From a virus: a stretch of DNA of 64,000 nt. Shown in pieces: positions 36,633 through 47,735 of this stretch (positions are counted from its first letter, which is position 1; each line of letters opens with the position of its first letter). Location of the stretch: positions 32,001-96,000 of the IMG/VR virus record IMGVR_UViG_3300013131_000024; one strand, given 5' to 3'. A program made the translations under genes and the position numbers. Under the pieces are notes generated by a model that had not been told where the DNA came from, searched no databases, and saw only the letters and a program-made list of their open reading frames with translations.

Positions 36633-37405
36633 TGATAGGACTATACGGAAAAACTCATTTTGAATTAGATGAATTTATAGATTTAACTGAGTTTGACAAT
36701 ATTCAATTGGATATTTTTAGAGGTATAGCCATAGCTAAATCTCTTGCAGATCATGGATATCTAATATCCATGAAAATGTATAACGACGAGGATCTAAGTT
36801 CAACTCTTTCTGTTTTACCACTAATGGATGCATACAGAGATTTTTTGTCTCTACCTGAAAATAATGATGTGAAAATAATCGGAGACAAAATTTATAGAGA
36901 ACATGGCTATAATGCATTAGCAACTTTTTTAAAATATACATATAAAGCTCACGACTTATGTTCCCATTACTTATTTTGGGATTATCATCCGAACTGGAGA
37001 TTAAACAAACATAATAGACAATTAACCAAATTATCAGAACATTTCTCACCATTAATTAATTACATTGACAGTTTAATTAGAAAAGAAATATTCATTAATA
37101 TTGGAAGAGCGTATCTAATATCTTTTGACTCTAAAGGTCATTCTTTTGAACACAGAGATCCGCACTTAGATCCAGATGTATCAGAAGATGTTTTTCCTGA
37201 ATTCATACATATAAGACCTAATACAAAAAGACCGTTTTACATTTTTGATCATGAAAAAAATAAAAAACATTATGTTATGTCTAGAATAGGTTGGTGGAAT
37301 GATAGAGACATACATGGCGGTGAGGCAATATCTGAACCAACATATGCTATTCGCATTGACGGAATTTTTACGGATAAATTTAAAAAACAATTATGCATTT
37401 TATAG
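36632..37405 (+). CDS. 2OG-Fe(II)-type (cupin) protein
   Basis: EHRD...IHGG...RIDG. Confidence 0.6.
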   Translation: MIGLYGKTHFELDEFIDLTEFDNIQLDIFRGIAIAKSLADHGYLISMKMYNDEDLSSTLSVLPLMDAYRDFLSLPENNDVKIIGDKIYREHGYNALATFLKYTYKAHDLCSHYLFWDYHPNWRLNKHNRQLTKLSEHFSPLINYIDSLIRKEIFINIGRAYLISFDSKGHSFEHRDPHLDPDVSEDVFPEFIHIRPNTKRPFYIFDHEKNKKHYVMSRIGWWNDRDIHGGEAISEPTYAIRIDGIFTDKFKKQLCIL

Positions 37406-37896
37406 ATAATTATAAAGATTGGATAGATTCGTCTTTAACTAATTACCTTTTGAACAACGAAGGAATCTTAAGGCCAAATATAGGAACTAATCCCGATGTC
37501 GAAGAATTTAAAAATGCTGAAAAAGCAGGATACGATCTTAGAAAAACATGGTGGCACATTTATGAACCAAATATTTTGCCATTTACAATTAAATTACCTA
37601 TAGAATCGAATAGATCGTCGATATGGTGGTTCATTAAACTACTACCGGGAGGAATGATGCCCATGCATCGAGATCCTCATGTAAGATTTGATAATGTAAA
37701 AAATCCTACAAGGTACTGGATGCCTCTACAAGATTACGAACCGGGCCATATTTTTGTCTATAATAATGTCGTTCTTACCGATTACAAAGCTGGAGATCTT
37801 TGGAGCTACGGGGACAGCGATGAGCTTCATGGCGCTTGCAACATCAGTTATATTCCAAGGTTAACATTTCTTTTTACGATATATGACATCCCATGA
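37393..37896 (+). CDS. 2OG-Fe(II) oxygenase-like protein
   Basis: PMHRD...HGACN...R. Confidence 0.75.
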   Translation: MHFIDNYKDWIDSSLTNYLLNNEGILRPNIGTNPDVEEFKNAEKAGYDLRKTWWHIYEPNILPFTIKLPIESNRSSIWWFIKLLPGGMMPMHRDPHVRFDNVKNPTRYWMPLQDYEPGHIFVYNNVVLTDYKAGDLWSYGDSDELHGACNISYIPRLTFLFTIYDIP

Positions 37897-38492
37897 TATA
37901 CACTTTAAATTTAAAATATGATGTGGAAGAATCTAGAAAATATCTAGAAATTCTCAACGAAAAATTTTATAATCTTCATTGGTTCTATAGAAAACATCAT
38001 AATGAACCAAGAGTCATAGAGAAAAAAAATGCTATGGATGATGTACACGGATGGGGTCTACAAACAATATACGATGATCAATTTTTTCCCTACCATTGTG
38101 ATATAGATCCTCATAACGAAACAGCCGAATATTTTAAAGATACTCCTATGGTATTTGGATTTTTCTATAGATTCAAAAATTTATTCAAAAATCCTTATAG
38201 ATCTTTCTTGATGAATTTCCCAGGACATCATCATATAGGAAAATGGCTTCCGACTAAACCCTTGCACGGAAAGATTTTTCTTCCGATATATTCTAATGAA
38301 GAATCTGTTTTAATAACTTATAGTCAACCAATGGTTCAAATGAAATTTGAAGTGGGGAAAATATATTTGATAGATATGACGACACACCACGGTGAATTCA
38401 GAAACGATGGGGATTCTAAGATTTCTTTTATAACCTTTAATGTTCTTCCTGAGACCTTTAATAAAATTTTAGAATTACAAGGAACAGTATGA
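37893..38492 (+). CDS. Degenerate AspH-like cupin protein
   Basis: GKIYLID...H...N pattern; HxD not evident. Confidence 0.5.
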   Translation: MIYTLNLKYDVEESRKYLEILNEKFYNLHWFYRKHHNEPRVIEKKNAMDDVHGWGLQTIYDDQFFPYHCDIDPHNETAEYFKDTPMVFGFFYRFKNLFKNPYRSFLMNFPGHHHIGKWLPTKPLHGKIFLPIYSNEESVLITYSQPMVQMKFEVGKIYLIDMTTHHGEFRNDGDSKISFITFNVLPETFNKILELQGTV

Positions 38493-39013
38493 GGTATATA
38501 GAAAATTATAACTCTTGGATCACTAGCGATCTCATGAACCATTTAGAAACACATGACGGTGATACTAGATACGTCTATCAACCAGAACGTTGGAAAACAG
38601 GAAACTCTATTTTAGAAGAATTCAATGAAAGATGCAGAAAAGCATACTCAAAAAATCCACCATGTTTTCAACAGTTCAATTCTAATTCTAAAGACATGGA
38701 AAATTTTCCAATAATTTTACCAGACCTCCCTGAAAAAAGATCTAACTGTCATTGGTGGTTTGTTAAATTACTTCCCGGACAATTCCAAGCTATGCACGTT
38801 GATCCTCATTTATTAGAGGTAAAAAATCCGCTGAGATATACCTTATTTCTACAAGATTTTATACCGGGGCACATATTTGTATGGGATGATAAAATAATTA
38901 CAAATTATAAAAAGGGAGATATGTATGAATGGAGTGATCCTATGATAGTTCACGGTCCGGCCAATATATCTTTTGAAAACAGATACACGTTGCAGATAAC
39001 TCTTTATGATTGA
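38489..39013 (+). CDS. 2OG-Fe(II) oxygenase-like protein
   Basis: MHVD...HGPAN...R. Confidence 0.75.
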   Translation: MRYIENYNSWITSDLMNHLETHDGDTRYVYQPERWKTGNSILEEFNERCRKAYSKNPPCFQQFNSNSKDMENFPIILPDLPEKRSNCHWWFVKLLPGQFQAMHVDPHLLEVKNPLRYTLFLQDFIPGHIFVWDDKIITNYKKGDMYEWSDPMIVHGPANISFENRYTLQITLYD

Positions 39014-39597
39014 TATCCAAGAATATGCAACAGATAATTCGATTCTAAGCCACCATTAATACCAGTATGCCACTCTCTATAGTTCTTCCATTTAAAAATA
39101 GAACCCCAGGGAACTTCATACAGATAGTCGGTGCCTATAATTAATATGTGTCCCATAGTAGGATTATTTAGAAAAATACTATATCTTACTGGAGTACCTT
39201 TTTTTAAATACTCTGTCTCGTCGTCGTCTACATCCCAATGATGCGGCGCATAAAATCCAGGATCTAATCTGCTGATCCATGCTCGATGAACTCCACCTAG
39301 TCTAAGATAAAAAGATACATCATCTACTAATTCTTGTTCGAAATCTTCTCCTGGATAATAGTTGGTCCATCTTATAGAGGAAGGATTGAAATTGGCATTT
39401 TTCCATATTTTATAGATCTCATTATAGTTAGATTCGCTTTTATTCCATCTATCATAATCTGTTGTAAGAATAGTTCCCGATCGACTAGAAAGATTATTAA
39501 CGATTTGAGATAAATCTTTTCTTCTATATGTGCTAAGAAAGACTGAACTTTTTAAATTTAGTAATCTTAAATCATAGTGTGATGATAAATTTTGCAT
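39004..39597 (-). CDS. 2OG-Fe(II) oxygenase-like protein
   Basis: PHHWD...WHTGIN. Confidence 0.7.
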   Translation of the reverse strand: MQNLSSHYDLRLLNLKSSVFLSTYRRKDLSQIVNNLSSRSGTILTTDYDRWNKSESNYNEIYKIWKNANFNPSSIRWTNYYPGEDFEQELVDDVSFYLRLGGVHRAWISRLDPGFYAPHHWDVDDDETEYLKKGTPVRYSIFLNNPTMGHILIIGTDYLYEVPWGSIFKWKNYREWHTGINGGLESNYLLHILGYQS

Positions 39598-40310
39598 TAT
39601 TCTAAATACCCAAAAGCCCATAATCTCTCATGGCACCACCAGCAATTCCCGCAGTGAGTACCTAAATGTAAATGATTCTCACAACTCCTAGTTTTTACGA
39701 ACAATTCTTTTTCTATGTCTAAAAATCTATACATTTCTGCAATATCTTTTTTATTAAGATTTACGAACGGAACATATGCTCTATCATCAATAGAGACATC
39801 ATCGGCCCTAATATTAATATCTACTACTATAAATCTTTGATCTGTATTTTCATCCATTGGTATTGAAATACCATAAAGAGATTTTTCTATCTCATCGCTT
39901 CGGAATTTATTATGCCAATCCGGCTGCTGATCAGGAAAATCTTTCCAAACTTTGTAAGGAGGAAATTTTGTAAGACCTACATAAATTAAATCAACTTCGC
40001 GAATATCTAATTTTTTCCTATAAAGATCAAAAAGAGATTGAGGACGTTGTAAAACTACTGTGTCTTTAATATATGAAAAATTCTTATTACCTGTTAATCT
40101 TGAACAAGTTTCTACTATCATATCCACATGACATTCCATGGCAGGTCTTCTTTCGGGAGCAAACATTGTATAGATATGTAAATGTTGTTTTAGATTTTTC
40201 ATTAAAATATATAATAGTAATGCACTATCTGCCCCACCAGATACACTCACACCTACTGATCTGTCTTCGTATAAGATGATCGGATTACCGTTTACATATA
40301 TCGTTCGCAT
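39597..40310 (-). CDS. QueC-like PP-loop ATPase
   Basis: SGGADS; TRSC...CGNCWWC. Confidence 0.75.
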   Translation of the reverse strand: MRTIYVNGNPIILYEDRSVGVSVSGGADSALLLYILMKNLKQHLHIYTMFAPERRPAMECHVDMIVETCSRLTGNKNFSYIKDTVVLQRPQSLFDLYRKKLDIREVDLIYVGLTKFPPYKVWKDFPDQQPDWHNKFRSDEIEKSLYGISIPMDENTDQRFIVVDINIRADDVSIDDRAYVPFVNLNKKDIAEMYRFLDIEKELFVKTRSCENHLHLGTHCGNCWWCHERLWAFGYLE

Positions 40311-41003
40311 TTAATTTCTCAAATTTAAATTTTTATAGATAGCAGGAAATGGATTTTCTAACCACGTTTTTCCTAATTGCCGATTCATAGTTAGTTCAAA
40401 AAAAACTTTGAAATCTATCATGCCATCGGCTGTAGTCGCTTCTTGGAATCTTCCTGTGGAATCAATTCCTATCATATCTTTTATTTTAGAACATTCTATA
40501 TATCTTTCTTCTATGCCGACACAGGAATAAAAATCAAAGGTTTTTATGACATCATTCTTTAAGTAAAAGCAATGAGGATATAATGCTAATTTATAATATC
40601 CTTCTGAAATTATATCATTTACAATTTTAAAAATTTGTTCTCGCCAGTCGGAGCAGTAAACTTCTAATGGTTTTTTATGTTTAAACAATACATGATTAAT
40701 TGTTGTATCCCCCCACTCTAAGAAAATTTTTCGATTGATATAATCAATATCATAAAGAATTGGTGCCCACAAATATCCTTGAAATTTTTGTATGTGAAAA
40801 CATTCTCTTTCAAAGAAGAAATCAATAACTTCACTCGAAATGTCTTGAGCATTGTCTTTTCTATAGGAACTATTCTCATCCCATAACATACACATGACAT
40901 TATTTTCAGGATTTACCAAAGGAGTGTACATAACATTAGTACTCCATGTACTACCATCATCTATTACCTTATAAAAATATTTCCAATTAGTAGTATCAAT
41001 CAT
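40311..41003 (-). CDS. Kinase-fold-like protein
   Basis: FERE...PILYDID...KTFDF. Confidence 0.5.
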   Translation of the reverse strand: MIDTTNWKYFYKVIDDGSTWSTNVMYTPLVNPENNVMCMLWDENSSYRKDNAQDISSEVIDFFFERECFHIQKFQGYLWAPILYDIDYINRKIFLEWGDTTINHVLFKHKKPLEVYCSDWREQIFKIVNDIISEGYYKLALYPHCFYLKNDVIKTFDFYSCVGIEERYIECSKIKDMIGIDSTGRFQEATTADGMIDFKVFFELTMNRQLGKTWLENPFPAIYKNLNLRN

Positions 41004-41668
41004 ATAACATTAACAATAAAATTTTTACCTAAGATATCCGACAGCTGAGAAATTTCATTTTTTTCTATAAGAAGTTCTACAACATTATCATAAATTTTAA
41101 AATTTGAAATTTTGCCTGATTTATTAGCTTGATTGAGCCACTTACTAGCTGTTTGATCAAATTCAAATCTTTGGTCGTCTGCTGATAGATCTGAGGTTAT
41201 TGTTATTCTAATGGGATTTTCTAATTTATTTTTTATAAGTAATTTTCTTACAACTAGTTGTACTCTGTGTATTCTTCCTAAATTAGCAGCACTGTGCAAT
41301 CTGCCAGCATCCATTTCGTACCAAAATCCATCTTGAAAGATTTTATGTACAACATTGTTTTCTAGATCTATAAAATATGACTCCTCACTTTGTATATTAA
41401 GATGATATCTATCATCTATATCAGCATGAGATTGATAACATGTAGCAGGATATAAGACTATTATTCTAGCTTCACCATGAGGATAGGGCAAAGTTTTAAG
41501 AATATTATTCCATAAGGTGTTTTTATATTCATCTTTAATCGACCATGAATCGTAAAAAAAATCCCCGTTTGGTTGATTTAATGTTGTTTTATCGTGGAAG
41601 ATAAAACTTTCATCGGCACCTTCTTTGATTAAATTTAAGTTTACAGAATGACAAAGTTTAACTAGCAT
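41000..41668 (-). CDS. AspH-like 2OG-Fe(II) oxygenase
   Basis: HAD...RYH...HSAAN...R. Confidence 0.75.
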   Translation of the reverse strand: MLVKLCHSVNLNLIKEGADESFIFHDKTTLNQPNGDFFYDSWSIKDEYKNTLWNNILKTLPYPHGEARIIVLYPATCYQSHADIDDRYHLNIQSEESYFIDLENNVVHKIFQDGFWYEMDAGRLHSAANLGRIHRVQLVVRKLLIKNKLENPIRITITSDLSADDQRFEFDQTASKWLNQANKSGKISNFKIYDNVVELLIEKNEISQLSDILGKNFIVNVI

Positions 41669-41711
41669 AGTGAAAAATATTTATGTACTATTATTATCGT
41701 GTAAATATATT

Positions 41712-42398
41712 ATGGAACTTTATCTAGATCCAAATTGGAAAAAAATCGGAATCAGTATCAGCGGTGGTGCAGATAGTGCTCTATTAGCATTTCTAATCTG
41801 TTCAAATACAAATGCAGACATACATTTTACTAATCAAATACGTATGTGGAGGACACGACCTTGGCAAGAACATGTAGCAGATACTGTTATCGATTGGTTC
41901 AAAAATCGATTTAAAAATAATTTCTATCTTCATAGAAATTTAATACCACCAGAATTAGAGTGGTCCGAAAATGGTCCGACATTTATCGACGAATACGGAA
42001 AAATAAAAAGTGGTAATCGAGTAATATTGAGATCTCACAATGAATATGTGGCTCACAGATATAAATTAGATGCATTGTATGGAGGAGTAAATCAAAATCC
42101 ATCGATCAATATCGAAGGTTCTCTAAAAGATAGAGACGAGGAAAACTCTTATCTATCTCCGTATTTTATACATGATGGGATTCATATTTGTCATCCGTTA
42201 GTAAATGTGAAAAAAGACTTTATTATAAAACAATATGTTAAACATGAGATACTCGATCTCCTTGACATTACTCGTAGTTGCGAGGGAGAATTTGAGGATA
42301 TAAACTATAAAACATACATACCCGGACAAGTTGTTCCAACTTGCGGAAAATGTTTTTGGTGCAAAGAAAGAGAATGGGGCATCGAACATGCAAAGTAA
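41712..42398 (+). CDS. QueC-like PP-loop ATPase
   Basis: SGGADS; TRSC...CGKCFWC. Confidence 0.75.
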   Translation: MELYLDPNWKKIGISISGGADSALLAFLICSNTNADIHFTNQIRMWRTRPWQEHVADTVIDWFKNRFKNNFYLHRNLIPPELEWSENGPTFIDEYGKIKSGNRVILRSHNEYVAHRYKLDALYGGVNQNPSINIEGSLKDRDEENSYLSPYFIHDGIHICHPLVNVKKDFIIKQYVKHEILDLLDITRSCEGEFEDINYKTYIPGQVVPTCGKCFWCKEREWGIEHAK

Positions 42399-43644
42399 AA
42401 CATTTTGTATGCATCCGTTTACAGGATTGGCAACAAGAGAAGATGGAGCGATAAAGGTATGTTGCCGTAGTCATCCTATAGGATTCATTCAGAATTCAGA
42501 TCTAGAAGAAATTTGGAACAATGATACTATCAAACGCATTCGTGAGCAGGTATTAAACAACGAGCGGCCACCAGAATGCGAACCTTGTTTTAATTTAGAG
42601 GATCAAGGTGTTGAAAGTCTCCGACAACGGCATATTAGAGGAAACATTCCCGAAGCTAGAATTAACTTATATCCGAAAGCATTAGAAAAATTAGATTCAG
42701 ATTATTCAATGCCTTTTGAAATTCCAACTATGGAGTTAAAATTGAATAATCTATGTAATTTAAAATGTAGAATGTGTCATCCTATGGACAGTACCAGTTG
42801 GAATGATTGGGGAGAGATTAAAGAATTCTACAAAAACGAAAATCACATTATGTTCAAAATGATAGAAGATCATGGACTAGAACAAAAACCATTTTTAGAT
42901 CAGTTCCAGGATAATCCGGAATGGTGGAAAAAATTAGAAAAGTTGTTACCTTATTTTCGCCGAGTAGAGTTCGCCGGCGGTGAACCTCTTATGGATCCAC
43001 AGCATTATAAAATTTTAGATATGTTATCTCATTATGGAGATAATATAGAAATTAAATATGCTACCAATTTAACATTGTTAGGAAAAAGCAATAGAACTAT
43101 TTGGCAATATTGGCCTAAATTTAAAAGTGTAGCAGTAAACGTTAGTATCGACGGCATAGGAGATGTGTATGAATATATTAGAGGAAATGCTCGTTGGTCT
43201 GAACTAATACATAATGTTAAACAGATACAACAAATCCCCAACATAAGCAGAATAGTTGGTGCAGTTACTGTTCAAGTTTCTAACATAATGCAACTAGACA
43301 AGATCTGCGAATATTTTTTAAATGATTTAGGTATAGTATTTCATACTCATAGAGTAGAATATCCTCGAGTGCTTTCAGCTCAAGTTTTACCGAACGATCT
43401 TAGAAAGGTCTGTATAGAAAGATTAAAATCTGTTTCTGAACGTGTACATAAATTTAAATTAGTTTTAGAACATCCTCGATTGATAGAATATACTTTAGGT
43501 CAACTGAGAGATAATATAAATTATCTCGAAGCCAGAGATCAAAGTTTTAGATGGCAAGACTGTATAGAGTTCAATCAAAGATTAGATAAGACAAGAAGTC
43601 AAAGTTTTATCTCTGTTAATCCTGAGTTTAAACCTTATGTATAA
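42388..43644 (+). CDS. Radical SAM enzyme with N-terminal SPASM/twitch-like domain
   Basis: CMHPF...CC...CEPC; CNLKCRMC; GGEP. Confidence 0.9.
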   Translation: MQSKTFCMHPFTGLATREDGAIKVCCRSHPIGFIQNSDLEEIWNNDTIKRIREQVLNNERPPECEPCFNLEDQGVESLRQRHIRGNIPEARINLYPKALEKLDSDYSMPFEIPTMELKLNNLCNLKCRMCHPMDSTSWNDWGEIKEFYKNENHIMFKMIEDHGLEQKPFLDQFQDNPEWWKKLEKLLPYFRRVEFAGGEPLMDPQHYKILDMLSHYGDNIEIKYATNLTLLGKSNRTIWQYWPKFKSVAVNVSIDGIGDVYEYIRGNARWSELIHNVKQIQQIPNISRIVGAVTVQVSNIMQLDKICEYFLNDLGIVFHTHRVEYPRVLSAQVLPNDLRKVCIERLKSVSERVHKFKLVLEHPRLIEYTLGQLRDNINYLEARDQSFRWQDCIEFNQRLDKTRSQSFISVNPEFKPYV

Positions 43645-44533
43645 AATCACTTCTGCATGGCCGCATCAAGACCAATTAAAAATAGAATGGAATTTAGGCA
43701 AACGTTGTAATTACGATTGTAGTTACTGTCCTGCAGAAATACATGACAACTTTAGTCCGCATACTGATATCAACATTTTAGAAAAAACTGTTGACAGATT
43801 GTCTGATCTAGGCAAGCCTCTAAGAATAAGCCTCACAGGAGGGGAGCCTTGCGTTCATCCGGATATAGAAGAGTTATTCGATTATCTCAAGAGAAAAAAT
43901 ATATTTTGGGTAAACATAACAACTAACGGGACGAGGGGATATCGTTGGTATTTAGACAACGAAATGTTTTTTAACCATATTGTTTTTAGTTTACATTTCG
44001 AATTTGATTATACAAGAGTAGTAGATACTATTTTAAAATATTACGATTCTACAGAACGTGAGTTTTTAGTCAATGTAATGGCACATCATAATTATATGCC
44101 TCAGGTCAAAACTGTTGTTAGTAAATTTAAACAATTAGGTATAAAATTTGCTGTTCGAAGAATTCGATGGACAGAAGGCGACCATAATATATTTGATGAT
44201 CTAAGATATGAAGGCAAAGACTTAGAATGGATACTACAAGAACATTCTACTGCCAAACCTAATTGCAGAATTAATGATGAAACGATAGTACATGCCAACG
44301 ATATAATAAAATTACATCTTAATAAATTCAAAGGTTGGCAGTGTAATGCTGGTCTCGAAAGCTTAATGATCAACTGGGATGGAGAAGTACATCGTGCTAC
44401 TTGTAGAGTAGGCGGTAGCCTAGGAAACATATACCAAGGTACATTCAAAATTCCAACAGAGCCGATAATCTGCACCAGAGATTGGTGCACCTGTGCAGCT
44501 GATATTCCATTAACTAAAAATGTTATTAACTAA
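43637..44533 (+). CDS. Radical SAM enzyme with C-terminal SPASM/twitch-like Cys cluster
   Basis: CNYDCSYC, GGEP, TNG. Confidence 0.9.
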   Translation: MYKITSAWPHQDQLKIEWNLGKRCNYDCSYCPAEIHDNFSPHTDINILEKTVDRLSDLGKPLRISLTGGEPCVHPDIEELFDYLKRKNIFWVNITTNGTRGYRWYLDNEMFFNHIVFSLHFEFDYTRVVDTILKYYDSTEREFLVNVMAHHNYMPQVKTVVSKFKQLGIKFAVRRIRWTEGDHNIFDDLRYEGKDLEWILQEHSTAKPNCRINDETIVHANDIIKLHLNKFKGWQCNAGLESLMINWDGEVHRATCRVGGSLGNIYQGTFKIPTEPIICTRDWCTCAADIPLTKNVIN

Positions 44534-45362
44534 TCTTGATACAAATCGATACAAGAGATTTTTTTCTTTTGGTTGTAGTTTTACTAATTATTTCTGGCCT
44601 ACGTGGGCTGATATAATTGGTCGACAAATAGATCATTACGAAAATTGGGGGAAGGGTGGAGCCGGGAATCAGTTCATCTTTAACTCACTAATTGAATGTC
44701 ATAGACGAAATAAGTTTACCAAAGAAGATCTTGTTGTAGTGATGTGGACCAGTTGTAGTAGAGAAGACCGATATGTTAACAACGAGTGGTTAGTGGCCGC
44801 TTCAGAAAACAGAGAAGAAATATATGGTAAAGAATGGATGAAAAAGTTTGGTCAACAAAGCAAAGGTTTAATGATAAGAGATTTTGCTGTTATAGATGCG
44901 TCTCAAAAACTTTTAGATTCGTTCGGATGCGATTGGTTAAACTTATGTAGTTTGCCTCTGATTAGATTTGATTTTGAAAAAGCAGAACAAGATATTAAAA
45001 AAAATTATATAACTCTGGATGAAATAGAAAATAGATGGTGTAAACAACAACTGTCGTTATCAGAAGGAGGATCATATAGAGATCATTATCTAACAGATAT
45101 AGACGTAGTAGATCTGTACAAAGATATCTTTACAAAAATAAAAAGACCTTTATACGAAATAGTACGTAAAAACAAGCCCAGACCTAATTTTGGAGATCAA
45201 CATCCTAGCCCCCTAGAGGCCTTATCTTACATAAATGAAGTTGTTGATAATAATTTAGACGTCCTTGAATATTGTAATCATTGGAACGATATAGTTTTCA
45301 ATATTAAAAATAAATCATCAATACCTGTTAAGTTTTTTAGACCGGCACCTATAAGATTTTAA
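44520..45362 (+). CDS. SGNH-hydrolase-like protein
   Basis: FGCSFT...GAGN...DQHP. Confidence 0.65.
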   Translation: MLLTNLDTNRYKRFFSFGCSFTNYFWPTWADIIGRQIDHYENWGKGGAGNQFIFNSLIECHRRNKFTKEDLVVVMWTSCSREDRYVNNEWLVAASENREEIYGKEWMKKFGQQSKGLMIRDFAVIDASQKLLDSFGCDWLNLCSLPLIRFDFEKAEQDIKKNYITLDEIENRWCKQQLSLSEGGSYRDHYLTDIDVVDLYKDIFTKIKRPLYEIVRKNKPRPNFGDQHPSPLEALSYINEVVDNNLDVLEYCNHWNDIVFNIKNKSSIPVKFFRPAPIRF

Positions 45363-46323
45363 ATTTAGTTGTGTTTATTTCTGGCTGACAAAAACATTTG
45401 TTTCTAGTACATGTTGTCGGAATAATTTTAGGATTAAAATTATTCTTAAAATTTTTATCGAATATATTAAATTGATAAGGAAGGTCATAAAGATTTTCTC
45501 CACACGCTCCTTGGATAGAACCAGATTTATCAATATATAATGTATCTATTCCGATATTACATTTCCAACCGTCAAAAGAGTTTAAAGAATTTAATGAAAT
45601 CCAATTATGCGGAACTTTTTTTGTGCTATTATCATTAAATGTGACTGTACTTTTTTTATCTGGAATAGTTTGAGCTTTTAACCACCAGAAGACATTTGGA
45701 ATTCTTTTTAGTGATTTAGACAAATATTTTTTTTGATCTTCGGTATATCTTATAGAATGATGATGCACTTCTTGAGCATCTATAGGCCAACTTTTATTAC
45801 TGCCTTTCAAAGTCTCAATTAAATGAACGCACTGATTCCATGCTGTTGGATCCATTAATACTTTTACAGACAAACTCTTGTTTTTACTGTAAAGTAAATC
45901 TCCAACTTTTATTATGTGGGCAGGATCAACAAACTGGTGATGACAGCTTATCATCGTGTGATCAAAATTCTGACCATTTTCATCCCACCATTTCAATGTC
46001 CTACTCCCATTGGTAGAAATGCTTATCAAAGTGTTATAATTTTCTTTAAAGTATGAAACAAAATCTGTAAGATTCGGCCAAATAGTTGGTTCTCCACCGA
46101 TAATATGAAAATAAAAACGTTCTTTATTTTGATGTTGTTTATAATAATTTAATAAATGACTTAAATTATCAATTAGAAGATCGTAATCCGGCCAACGATG
46201 AGTTCCTTCGTTTGATCCGGGAAAGCAATACCAACATCGATGATTACATACGTTGAACAAGAATAATTCAATTCTTAAATAATTATTCGGTAAATTGGAT
46301 TCTATTTTAATAATTTCTTTCAT
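45349..46323 (-). CDS. Radical SAM enzyme
   Basis: CNHRCWYC, GGEP, TNG. Confidence 0.9.
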   Translation of the reverse strand: MKEIIKIESNLPNNYLRIELFLFNVCNHRCWYCFPGSNEGTHRWPDYDLLIDNLSHLLNYYKQHQNKERFYFHIIGGEPTIWPNLTDFVSYFKENYNTLISISTNGSRTLKWWDENGQNFDHTMISCHHQFVDPAHIIKVGDLLYSKNKSLSVKVLMDPTAWNQCVHLIETLKGSNKSWPIDAQEVHHHSIRYTEDQKKYLSKSLKRIPNVFWWLKAQTIPDKKSTVTFNDNSTKKVPHNWISLNSLNSFDGWKCNIGIDTLYIDKSGSIQGACGENLYDLPYQFNIFDKNFKNNFNPKIIPTTCTRNKCFCQPEINTTKFKIL

Positions 46324-47735
46324 AATAAATTGCTTAGTTCCGGAAATGTTATTTTAAAATCTAATTTACGTTGATTATCTAAAGTCGTTATATATTCTCT
46401 AAAATCAGGTAATAAATTTGTATGGTCTTCACTGTCCATCCAATCGAGAATTCCTTCCCAGCGTTTCCAACCATATGAATTTACTTCCCAGAAGTCTTCA
46501 TCTTTGGTATAATTATGCCAAAGCCATTCTTTTAATTCGTTGAATAAATTTCGAATTTCTTCTTTATGTTCTTTTGGCAAAACTTTCAAACTTAGCCAGG
46601 TCGGAATCCATACGAGATGTGCGCTGAACAATCCTCCGCTATGTATCTCTCCTACTATGTTTTGATTAAGATTAATTTTCTTAAAATTTTGTGAAATCTT
46701 CCATTTTATAAAATCAGGTATATGTTTGATATTCAACAATTGAACTGCACATGCGATTGTTGTTTCGATGTTTTCTGGAGCATTGTCAAGCAAATGCAAA
46801 TTTTTTACTACGGTTTCCCAATCGGTCGGATATCGAATATAATGCAATCTATCCCCCATACCATCTATGCTGAATCCAAATTTCACTTTTTTAAAATTTT
46901 TCCATAGATTTATTGTATTCTCATCTAGAAGTAATCCGTTGCTATTATATCTAAGTTCGATATCTTTTGCATATCCCTGTTTTATTATTTCTTCCAAGAA
47001 TCTCCTGTGTTCTTTAATCATTAGAGGTTCACCACCTGCAAAATAAATTTGTTTTATGTTAGGAATTTGTTCATAAATTTCTTTCCAAAAATTTAAATTC
47101 TCATGCCACAGATTATTAAATTTGTCTTGCTGCCAGCTCAATTGTTTTTTGATTAAAGAACTATTGAATAAAGGATAAATCTTTTTATGATCCTCTACCC
47201 ATTTGCTGCTGTCATGCGGACTACACATAACACATTTTAAATTACAGGTATGACCTAATCTTAAATCAATATAATGTAATTTATAAGGAACCCTACCGTC
47301 TAGGTCTGTCTGGGCAATTAATGATGGAATATCTATGCCTTGCTTATGCCATACGCCAGTTTCCCAAATACGTTTACTTACAACTCCGTTTTGTTCTTCT
47401 TCGAAACATTTTTTACAACTTAAAGGAATTTTTCCTTCTAACATCGTTTGTCTAACATTTCGCATGTATTCGCTGTTAAATGATTCCGATGGCGAATCTT
47501 TAGAAAAATTTGCAGATTCTCCAGTTTCTGTTTTTACAAGACCTACATTATAATTTCCATCTTTGGCACCACTGGCATTTGCAACACAACATATTCGCAT
47601 ATCTCCATTCGGTCTAGTAGCCAAATGTATCCATGGAAGAACACAGAAGCTAGGGCTTCCACTAATGTCTTCTATTTGTTTTTGCCAACTACCTAACTGT
47701 GATTCTTGAGATTGCATCCAGAATATTTTATTCAT
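46320..47735 (-). CDS. Radical SAM enzyme with N-terminal SPASM/twitch-like domain
   Basis: CVLPW...CC; CNLKCVMC; GGEP. Confidence 0.9.
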   Translation of the reverse strand: MNKIFWMQSQESQLGSWQKQIEDISGSPSFCVLPWIHLATRPNGDMRICCVANASGAKDGNYNVGLVKTETGESANFSKDSPSESFNSEYMRNVRQTMLEGKIPLSCKKCFEEEQNGVVSKRIWETGVWHKQGIDIPSLIAQTDLDGRVPYKLHYIDLRLGHTCNLKCVMCSPHDSSKWVEDHKKIYPLFNSSLIKKQLSWQQDKFNNLWHENLNFWKEIYEQIPNIKQIYFAGGEPLMIKEHRRFLEEIIKQGYAKDIELRYNSNGLLLDENTINLWKNFKKVKFGFSIDGMGDRLHYIRYPTDWETVVKNLHLLDNAPENIETTIACAVQLLNIKHIPDFIKWKISQNFKKINLNQNIVGEIHSGGLFSAHLVWIPTWLSLKVLPKEHKEEIRNLFNELKEWLWHNYTKDEDFWEVNSYGWKRWEGILDWMDSEDHTNLLPDFREYITTLDNQRKLDFKITFPELSNLL

